Below, in pieces: positions 30,275 to 40,200 of a stretch of DNA of 64,000 nucleotides; positions within the stretch are counted from its first letter, which is position 1, and each line of letters begins with the position of its first letter. Below the pieces are notes generated by a model that did not search any database, had not been told where the DNA came from, and was given only the letters and a program-made list of their open reading frames with translations. Position numbers and translations under genes: made by a program. The stretch is from an uncultured Methanolobus sp. (GTDB lineage Archaea; Halobacteriota; Methanosarcinia; Methanosarcinales; Methanosarcinaceae), in contig OY776215.1 of the NCBI GenBank assembly GCA_963675495.1, forward strand, positions 1-64,000. The letters are read 5' to 3'.

Positions 30275-30502
30275 GAGGAACAAGAGTAAAGGGCACTTGC
30301 ATTGTATGAAGAAAAATACTGGGGCTGCGAAGTCATTTAGCTTGAATACTCATGTGATGTAGAAGCTTGATAATTGAGGAGACATGTCTGCCAATGTAAG
30401 GAGAAAATGTCCTATAAATTTGCATAATCCAATAAATAAAAAGAGGTATGTCAATAAACTAAATTCGTTCGTTGACCCCCTCTCCAAAAAAGACAGGCAA
30501 TG

Positions 30503-32092
30503 TTATTCTTTCTTAAAGCACAGTTCAATATGCTCTTGTGATTCAATTTTTGTCATAAGGCTCACTGCTATGGCAACAATGATCGATAGTGGTGTAGCCA
30601 CAAGTATCGGGTCTACAACTGTCCATGTACCTGTAAGCAGTGTGACCTTACCAAACAGTGCCTGGCTTATACCCAGTGCGCTTGCTTCTTTTGCGTGAAC
30701 GAATGTAAGCCAGAAGAGACTGCTGAAAGTACCTACAAGCAGACTTGCTATGGCTCCTTCTTTGGTCATGCGTTTCCAGAAAATGGCTCCTGAATACATT
30801 GGAAGGAAAGCTGCTGCACAAAGTCCGAAGAAGATCGCCGTTGCTCTTGCGATAATTCCCGGTGGGAGTATGTATGCAAGCACTACGCTGATAATGATGG
30901 TTGCTGCAATGCCCGCTCTTGTGACATTTATCGTGTTTGCTATCTTTCCCTTCATAATGCCCACACGATAGAAGTCATGTCCGAATGCTGTACCCATGGC
31001 ATGGAACTGGGAACTTAGTGTTGACATTGCTGCTGCAAGCAGGGTAAGCAGGAAGAATACAACGAAATAATCAGGCATTGCGCTGTTGATGTATTCAGGC
31101 ATTATCTTGTCGATGTTACCGCCTGCTACATCAAGTGCTATCATTCCCTGTGTGTCAAAGAAATATACATTTGACAATGCACCCACGATATAGGCAACTC
31201 CTGCCATCATAAAGATGAAAGGCCCACCAGAGAGAACCGCTCTTTTAAGTGAACGGGTGCTCTCCACGGTCATGAAACGTACTGCGAGTTGTGGCTGTGC
31301 AAGTACTCCGATACCCACTCCGAGAATAATTGTGGATACAAGTGTCCACCATACAGGTGAGCCAAAGGCCGGCATTGATGTCCATCCTGTATGGCCGATG
31401 GCTGCTAAATTATCAGGAACAAGGTGAGCCATATTTGTGAGTGCCTGGTGTGCTTCAGTAACACCACCAAGTTTTGAATATGTGAGTACAAGCAGGATAC
31501 CCATTCCAACGAACATCAATACTCCCTGAAGGGCATCTGTATACATGACTGCAATAAGTCCGCCTGTAATCACATACGCTGCAACGATGATGGCAAGCAT
31601 CAAGACAGCGGTATTATACTCGAGACCAAGGACCGTTTCCATGAAACGAGCTCCTCCTATTAGGACACTACCCGCATAGAGTGGCATGAACATGGTAATA
31701 AGTGCACCTGCAAATCCCTGTATGAATCTTGATTGGAATCTTTTTCCTATAAGCTCAGGGAATGTGACAGCTTTCAGGTTGAATCCCATACGTCTTGTTC
31801 TGGAACCGAATATGACAAAAGCGATAAAGATACCAACAACTATATTCATGGCAACAAGCCACAGGATTCCCATTCCAAATGCAGCGGCATATCCTCCGAA
31901 TCCTATGATCGCAGACGTACTGATAAATGCGGCTCCATAGGAGAATGCAAGTACGAAAGGATTGACCTTCCTCCCGGCCAGCATATAATCGTCAGTGTCT
32001 TTTGTTTGTTTATATCCAAGCCATCCGAAGTAGAAAACCACCATTAAATAGGCAAGCACGGCTATTCCAAGAATAGGTGTACTGACAACCAT
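30503..32092 (-). CDS. Sodium:solute symporter, copy 2
   Basis: Close paralog of 22630-24216 with the same SSF motifs. Confidence 0.95.
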   Translation of the reverse strand: MVVSTPILGIAVLAYLMVVFYFGWLGYKQTKDTDDYMLAGRKVNPFVLAFSYGAAFISTSAIIGFGGYAAAFGMGILWLVAMNIVVGIFIAFVIFGSRTRRMGFNLKAVTFPELIGKRFQSRFIQGFAGALITMFMPLYAGSVLIGGARFMETVLGLEYNTAVLMLAIIVAAYVITGGLIAVMYTDALQGVLMFVGMGILLVLTYSKLGGVTEAHQALTNMAHLVPDNLAAIGHTGWTSMPAFGSPVWWTLVSTIILGVGIGVLAQPQLAVRFMTVESTRSLKRAVLSGGPFIFMMAGVAYIVGALSNVYFFDTQGMIALDVAGGNIDKIMPEYINSAMPDYFVVFFLLTLLAAAMSTLSSQFHAMGTAFGHDFYRVGIMKGKIANTINVTRAGIAATIIISVVLAYILPPGIIARATAIFFGLCAAAFLPMYSGAIFWKRMTKEGAIASLLVGTFSSLFWLTFVHAKEASALGISQALFGKVTLLTGTWTVVDPILVATPLSIIVAIAVSLMTKIESQEHIELCFKKE

Positions 32093-32208
32093 CAGTTATC
32101 CTCCTCTTCATCATTCCAGTGTATCAGGCCGTAGATTATACACCCAATGGCACTTACGAAACATAATACGTAAGCAATCCATATTTGCGGATCGTTTATT
32201 CCTAACAT
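32092..32208 (-). CDS. Symporter small accessory protein (38 aa), copy 2
   Basis: MLGINDPQIWIAYVLCFVSAIGCIIYGLIHWNDEEEDN; RBS ggag; stop overlaps symporter ATG. Confidence 0.88.
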   Translation of the reverse strand: MLGINDPQIWIAYVLCFVSAIGCIIYGLIHWNDEEEDN

Positions 32209-32485
32209 TTTTGCATCTCCAATAAATAGTAATGCTATTCGTTAGCATGACACATACTTTAACTTTTCGATATTATTCAGTAATGAGATGCCTTTTTTTA
32301 CTGGCATAAGTTATAAATAAAAAAGATTCATAGTAGATTTAGTGTTAAAAACACTATATATTTGTAACACTACAGTGCAATACGGAAAAAACAAAACTTC
32401 CAGATGGTTTACCTCTTGATGGAAAAAGGATTGCACATCTATTTTTATTGCGGGTGTGAGGCACCCGCTCCTCCCTTGTTTCTTT

Positions 32486-33358
32486 TTACTTCGATCTGGC
32501 ACTTATAAAAACAGCCCTGCTTATCTGTTCTGTCTCAACGACAAAACCTGCATTCTCAAAATGGTCCACCCAATCCTGTATGCCTCTTTCAGTTCCATGA
32601 TGATGGTCCAAAGGCTCAACTGCCAGGATCTTTCCTCCCGTCGCAAGTACTCTTTTAGCTTCAGAAAGGGCTTTTGGTATATCATCAAGATGGTGAAGCA
32701 TGAAGAAACATGTTACGATCTCAAATTCTTCATCACCAAATGGAAGTTCATAAGCACTGGCGGATTTGAAATATGTATTTTTAATACCATATCCAATAGC
32801 ACTCAAACGGCACTGTTCCATAGTTTTTTCCAGAAGGTCGATTCCAGTGACCTTTGATTCAGGATTCATCCTTGCCATTTGCAGTGTAACACTGCCAATC
32901 CCACATCCTACATCAAGTATTGTCTTCCCCTTTGCTTGGGGAAGTGCTACTTCCATTGTCTGCTTTTTGAGTATTTCCATTTCAGCAGCAGGAAAATCTG
33001 CTTCCTGACTGTCAAAAGTAGTGTACGGTAAGATACCATATACAGAAGAGTTGTTTGCAGCAAAAAGACCTTTGAAGTATATCTTATTCTCATGCATTTT
33101 TATAAGTTCAACAACTGAAATTCCTGCATTCCTGCAGAATCTTCTGTTCCACTCTTTCCTTTTTTCAGGGAATTCCATTTTCAGGGGATCATGGACTACA
33201 ATGTAATGTGAATAATCTTCATAAAGAAGTTCTTGTGCATCTGTTTTATCCAATTCGACAATACTTACGCTTTCTTTCCAGAGTGCAAGAAGCTGCATTG
33301 TCTTTTCATCTGCAAAATTAGACACATTTCCTATAGGTTTGAGTGACATATCATTCAA
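32486..33358 (-). CDS. Degenerate TsaA/TrmO-like domain fused to a class I methyltransferase
   Basis: N-terminal LKPIG.V...ISVVEL.....IYFKGL......VYGILPY; C-terminal ILDVGCGIG, LPFGDEEFE, LHHL. Confidence 0.8.
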   Translation of the reverse strand: MNDMSLKPIGNVSNFADEKTMQLLALWKESVSIVELDKTDAQELLYEDYSHYIVVHDPLKMEFPEKRKEWNRRFCRNAGISVVELIKMHENKIYFKGLFAANNSSVYGILPYTTFDSQEADFPAAEMEILKKQTMEVALPQAKGKTILDVGCGIGSVTLQMARMNPESKVTGIDLLEKTMEQCRLSAIGYGIKNTYFKSASAYELPFGDEEFEIVTCFFMLHHLDDIPKALSEAKRVLATGGKILAVEPLDHHHGTERGIQDWVDHFENAGFVVETEQISRAVFISARSK

Positions 33359-33485
33359 TTGTATTTTTCAGATATACTTTTAGTGGTATTGTGGATTGTC
33401 TATGATCAGGGAAATGTTGAGGTTCATTGTATTACAATATAGTTCAGATCATAAACAATATTTTAAATGAGGATTATTCATATGA

Positions 33486-34223
33486 TCAAATTACTGGCGC
33501 TTCTATCTCAATTTGCGCATTGTAATTGTAGACATCAACCTGATTGTTTATTGTTACCGGAGACATCAGGCCCTGTACATTCATCATGAATTCAGTACGG
33601 CTTTCGATGGACATGATATGGTAACTGTCCCTATCAATAAGGTACCTTATACTATATTCATTCAGACGTTCGTCTCCTTTGAGTTGCAGACCGGCTTTTT
33701 CCGCCTCCCGGAGCAATGCACTATTCTCCGGCAATGCAGTGAGAATTAAATATGAATCTGCTTTTTCCATGCTAAGATTAGTTGAATTTGCTAAAAGCAG
33801 GCTAGTTTGGGTTAACTGGTCATAGCTGTCCCATGTTTGCTGATTCAGTTTCCTTGTTTCCCATGAATCGTCACTGTTCCTTAAATAAGCATTGTCATCA
33901 ACAATTATTATATCCATTGACTCTTCCATGGATCTCAGTTTCACAGCCATCTTTTCATTCGTATAATCCACGGAGCCATTTCCTTTTATCAGGGTGAAAG
34001 ATTCACCAAGCATTGAAATGTTACTGTGGATATCGAATTGATAAGAGCCAGTATCTTTTGAAGTTTCAATAACCCTTCCTGCAAGTGCATAAGCATCGTT
34101 TATTTCCCTGTGCTCAACATAATAAAACGCAAAAATGATTAAAATGCATATGATGCCCAGAAAAATAAGTAATTGCTTATCGATTCCTTTTTTATCTGAC
34201 AATGACAATTTGATCACCTGCAT
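33486..34223 (-). CDS. Membrane-anchored protein, LppX/LprAFG (DUF6612)-like beta-sheet
   Basis: One N-terminal TM; SYQFD..., IIVDDNAYLR....W, YLIDRDSYH, YNYNAQIEIEAP pattern. Confidence 0.6.
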   Translation of the reverse strand: MQVIKLSLSDKKGIDKQLLIFLGIICILIIFAFYYVEHREINDAYALAGRVIETSKDTGSYQFDIHSNISMLGESFTLIKGNGSVDYTNEKMAVKLRSMEESMDIIIVDDNAYLRNSDDSWETRKLNQQTWDSYDQLTQTSLLLANSTNLSMEKADSYLILTALPENSALLREAEKAGLQLKGDERLNEYSIRYLIDRDSYHIMSIESRTEFMMNVQGLMSPVTINNQVDVYNYNAQIEIEAPVI

Positions 34224-34273
34224 TTGATATAATCATACAGTCTACTTATAACACTGGCTATTATAATGCAGAT

Positions 34274-37200
34274 CTATCTTTTTCTCTTGAAAATAACCAT
34301 GTATGATAGCAAGAGTATAATGACTACGAAAATCAGCCACATCAAATATCCAGGTACAGATTTGTTCTTAGTTAAAGGAGCTTCCTGTGGAACAGGATAT
34401 ATTTCAGTTTCTTCAGGTGGTGTCTCAATACCGGTATCAGTATCTTCCAGGACTGTTCTGAATGCCGTCAGTGGTTCTGCATCTTCCGAATCGATGATGC
34501 CATCACCGTCGGTGTCAGGATTGAATGGGTCAGTTCCCATTCTGTATTCTACTATATTGGGCAGCCCGTCCCTGTCCGAGTCAAGAGGCCCGTCGTCTTC
34601 TATATTGAGTTCTCCTGCAAGGGCAAAGCTGGAGAGATGTGAGATCCTTGCCTGTACATAACCCTCATAGTTTACCCCATATAGCTCAACGTTTTCGGTA
34701 TTTATGCTAGTATCAGAGAGTTTAGTCCACTTCTTATCTCCCGTATTCCGATAATATATGCATAGCGTATCTTCGTCAATATCACTATTATCAGATGTAT
34801 CACCATCACCATTCCTGTCCAGCTCGCTGGAACGGTAGTATATCTTGACCGAGGCACCGTTTATGATGTCGGAACTTGTGTTCTCTACATTTTCACTTAC
34901 AGTTATATCAATGTACTTGTCGAGTGCATATTCTCCGGAAGCAAGTCCTGAATTGGAAGTTAGTGAATTTCCAGAGGAACCAGACTTTTGCAGTTTGATC
35001 CATGGAGTGACATTGCTATCAAGAACTACGCCAATCTCTGAATCCGTCCTCTTTATGGAATCAACGGAATCAATAACAAAAATATCTTTATCCGCCTTGT
35101 ATTCCACCATGATGGAATTGCCTGAGGTGGTGACCTCTTTGCTCCTGAAAGCATCCAGTATCCTGCAATGATCATACATGTATGGTTCCGAGAGCATGAC
35201 AACAGTCTGTGTTGAATTCCATACACCATATCGGACTGCTATCCTGTCATAGGCCGAATCGATTATCCTTGGTAGTATATCACCATCGTCTTTGAGCACA
35301 TCGTATGTGATATTACCGGCTGTTCCATTCACTTTCTCAGGCTTTCCAAGCAGCAGGATGCAAGGCTCATCTGAATGGTTCATCAGGAGTTCATCTGCAG
35401 AATAAACAGTTATGTTGGTGTACATGCCCAATGTATCCAGAAGTTCTTCATTGTCCTCGGTCAGATCATATGCCACTGTGATATTCCTGACATTAGGGAT
35501 CAGGGAATCCATGTCCAGTGAATCATTTAGGTTATCGCCGTCGGTATCTTCCAGCAGTGGATTAGTGGTGAAATTCATTTCCTGCGAATCATTATATCCG
35601 TCCCTATCTGTGTCTGCTGAGAGTGGATTAGTATCCATCTCCAGTTCTTCAAAGTCTGTCAGTCCGTCAAAGTCCGTGTCTTTCAGCAAAGGACTTGTTC
35701 CTGTGCCATGTACCTCGTATCCGTCATCTAATCCATCCCCATCGGTATCCTGAACCAATGGATTTGAAAGGTAGTCCATTTCTAGATCGTCAAACAGGCC
35801 GTCGTCATCGGAATCCGGTTTAAGCAGGTCTGAACCGAATGTCACTTCTTCAAGATCGGTGAGACCATCATTGTCAGTATCCACCTTCAATGGATTTGAT
35901 GACAGATAGAATTCAGCCGAATCGAACAATCCATCATGATCAGTATCCGGTATCAATGAATCGCTACCAAAGAATATCTCTGTACTATCATCCAGTGCAT
36001 CCCCATCGGTATCAAAGTTTGTCAGGTTGGTACCAAGATAGTATTCTGTGAAATCATTCAGACCGTCACCGTCAGTGTCAGAACTTTCCGGATTCGAACT
36101 GCTGTTCATTGTGAGATAACATTCCGTGTGATCATCCAGTCCGTCAAAGTCACTATCCTTGAATCGTGGATCACTTGTTACATCGATTGTGTGTATCTCT
36201 GCATAATTGCCAATGTCCGTGTAATTGGTAATACTGGTATAGTTGTCAATTGTATAATTGGTGATAATGGTAACCGACCAGCCGATCTCTTCATTTATGT
36301 CAATAAGTCCATCCCTGTCTTCGTCCTTTCCAGAACTCACCCATCCAGCTCTCCTGGCAGGATAATCAAGGGTATCAATAACCCCTATAAGATTCCTGTC
36401 ATCTTCATCAGGTGCAGGCTGGGATATGTTCCAGGTCTGGTAGAAACGCAAGGCAAAGACATCCGTGCTGTTAGGGGCACTGAAGTCCAGGGTGGCAGAG
36501 CCGTAAGTCTCATTTCCAATGGCAGGTGTACCGTTGTATATTTCCTCGTGCAGCGTGGAATTATCCAGACTTACGAAGAGCCAGCATGCAGAGGCATTTC
36601 CTGTCGAGTTCTTTTTTCCGATCAGGGTATAATCGATCACCGCAGTGATGTTGGTTTCGGCATCAGTCTTTATGCTGCTGCCAAATCCGTTCAGGTCGAC
36701 ATTGCTTATGTAAGCCTTCGCTGTGAAATTCAGGTCCGTAGAATCCAGAATGCCGTTTCCGTTCGTATCCCCTGACTGAGGATTGAGTCCTTTGAGGAAT
36801 TCGTTGAGATCGCTCAGACCGTCATCGTCAGAATCATTGTTTAGAGGGCTTGACCAGACATGCTGCTCAAAGGTCTCATCGTAGAACTCAAATTCAATAT
36901 CCCATCCGCGGTGTTCTTCGAAGTCGTTCAGTCCGTCTCCATCAGTATCCCATTCAAGAGGATCATATCCATAGCGCAGTTCAAGTCCGTCCTCAAGTCC
37001 GTCACCATCGGTATCTCCGTTAACCGGAATGGTCCCATAATCGATCTCATATTTGTCGGACAGTCCATCATTGTCAGTATCCCATCTCAATTGACTGGTA
37101 CCATTGCTTAGTTCATCTGAGTTGAGAATATCATCCCCGTCAATGTCGTTGGATGAAATGGCTGTCCAAGTGTAGAAACTTTCGATGTCATCAGGCAATA

Positions 37201-40200
37201 CATCAAAGTATAGTGTTGATGGGTCTGTCTTTTTAGTACTTTCGTCACTATATTCATTGTAAACCTTCCAAAAAAGGATTAATACATATTTTTCGTAATA
37301 AATCTTGTAATCTGATCTCAACCAGAACTCAAATGGGAAGTTGATGGTAGCATCAGGATAAACCCAAAGCTTTGCCTGATATTCTGTTTCTTTAGCATTA
37401 TCACGGTAAATGGTTGTACCTTCTGTAGTAGAACTATTGCTGGAAAGCGTATGTAAAGAACTGCACTCGTATTTAGGAATAATATAACTCTTTTTTAACT
37501 TTGTATCTGAAGCACCCAGTCCTTTTGTAATAATGCCTTTGTACTGACTTTCAACACATATACCGTCACCTTCGGTCAAGCCATTATCCTTATAATCTTT
37601 TATATGAACGTCAGTACTCAACATCTTCAGGTCTGCATCTGTGATCATATTTACTCCTAAAAATTTACCTACAATCCAGTCAATAATCATGTCGGACCAG
37701 CCTTTGCCAAAAATTATCCATGTAACAAGATCAGATAATAAAATAATACCTACGATGAGCCAACCAATGACAGGTATTAAACCTATAAAATACAAAGCAA
37801 GCGTGTATATTATCTTCAGGGAAGCATACAATCCTCCCAATGCAAAGCCATAGCCATTCCAGTTTTCTTCACAGGCTATCACAATCCATGCTATGATGGC
37901 CAGCCCAATATCCAGAACCATTCCAGCAATATCTAGTGCTTCCGCCCACCTGTTAAACTTCCCTGCCCATTTCATAATGGGGGTTTTGCCAGTGGACTTT
38001 ACACCTTTCAACTGTCCGTATATCCATGTAAAATCTCCCCAAGTAGACGAGATATTCGGCACAATATTACTCAATTTAATTGCACTGTACGCAGCTTGAC
38101 CAAAAACCATTAATCCAAGACATACACCCAATGATCCTATTCCGTAATAAGATATTGTAGAGATGACATCCAAAGCTTCCTTAAAAGCGAAATCCTGTTC
38201 AGAGTTGTCTGCTTTGGCAACACCTGTTTCCCCTGTCTCCCATATGATCATCAAAGCCATTGTTGTCGCAAGTGTTTTCTCATCAAGATAATCACCCCAT
38301 TCCTGAACTGCATACAGCATGTCTTCTGAATCAACGGATTTATCGGTACTGGTATTATACCAGGTCATCTTCATGCTTTTTGTAGTAAAAAGAGGCTGAT
38401 CTGTAAGGTCAATATCAAAACTGTTTCCTGAAGCGGATATTCCAGGATTTATATCATCCATTATACTGGTACGGAAATAATCTTCAAACAGAGCAATAAC
38501 AGGAAGTATTTCATCATCAGGTAGAGAAGATAAGGCATCAGGTGTCATCTCACCTGTAATTGTTGCCAGAGCCTCGTCCTGATGGTCTGCATAACCTAAC
38601 ATGGAGTTGATTGTCATATTGTAATCATTTTGTAGTTTCCCGGGCATCTGATCAAGAGCCGTCTGGCTTCTCAAAAAAGAATATGATAGAAGAATAGCCG
38701 ATTCAACTGTGCGGTTTATATTCTCATTTTTGTCCGTTTCTTCACTGAAGAATACCCCGAAATTAGTCCCATCGTTCTCTTCAACGCTAAAACCAGTGAG
38801 CATGAAGTTCTCGTTATATTTTGCTAGGGTGGTCGACACGGATTCATATTCATGAGTAAGCAACGTAAATGATTCCCATTCCTTCCTTTCATCTCTGTTT
38901 GCAATAAGTTCATTGCCTCCACCTCCCTCTGCACAAACATATTGTCCGCTAAAGGCTTTCAAAGCTATCCTGTTATCTTCAAGGTCAAGCAGTTCAAATG
39001 TAGCCACTTCATCGATATCGGTGCTGTTTCCTATCAGTTCTCCACCATCTGTTACATAAACGTATTTACCGTTCGATGTTTTCAGCGCAACTTCATTATT
39101 ATTCAGATAAACTATCTCAAAAATCTCGTTATTCGTGACAGATATACCTCTTGCAACAAGTTCTGATGTAGTAGCATCGACAGAAACATATTGCCCTTTA
39201 TTTGCTTGTAGTGACACTCTCTTTTCCCTGTCGGTCTGTCCTTTGACAATCCATACAAGTCTTGCCTGTGTAAAAGTATCGAGTGAAGAATTCTTTGGAT
39301 AGAACATACGACCATTCAAAGCAACTATATTTCCAAAGTCTTTCACAGGAGAAAGCGATATGTAAGCTTTGTCTAATGTGGTAACTATCCCATACTCTTC
39401 AAGTGCATTCGGGTCTGATGTGATTCCACCGACAAGCTCAATCTCCCAGAGTTGTTTGTCAGTTTCCTGAGATGAGTTCTGGAATATACACGTGTCATTT
39501 GTGGAATTTATTTCCAGGCATTTTTCACTGTGTTTGGAAATAAGTTTGTAGAAACCATCGTTGCCCAGTTCCAGTTCCCAGAGCTGATTATCCTCACCTG
39601 TATAGTTTCCTACAGTAACATTTGCCATGTCATCCAGACTTGAATTGAAAACTTCAAGACATTTACTATTGTTTTTGGAGATTATCCTATAATAGTTGTC
39701 ATCGGCAGACTCCAGCTTCCATAGCTGGTAATCTTCGCCTCTGTAATTATCTGTATTAACATTCACCTCACCATCAAGACTGCCATTATGGATCTGAATG
39801 CACTCACCATTGTCAACTGAAACTATTTTACAATCAACAGGTACTGTGAGCTCAAGCATTGGTGTGACGGTGACATCATCCTGCGAACTGTTGAGGTCTT
39901 TCATCGTTGCAAGGGAATCATCAGGCCAATCCCAGCTTTGGGCAAGCAGATTCAGATGTTCCGGATTTTCAGGCCTTATCTGGAAGTTCAGGTATGTGGG
40001 ATTTCCGCTTGATTGAATGTTGAAGTCAAAGCTCTCGTTTGATGCGGACCTTGAAAATGGTGATAGATCAAGGGCATCTATCACGCCGTCATTGTCATTA
40101 TCAAGATCCCAGGCATCTACAAACCCGTCTCCATCGCTGTCCTTGGAAGTGCCATTCACAATTTCAAAATAATCGGCAAGACCATCATCATTGGAATCAG

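Noticed and set aside
30384-30698. 104-aa + strand ORF after trkH
   Set aside because: Largely antisense to the second symporter, with no recognisable features
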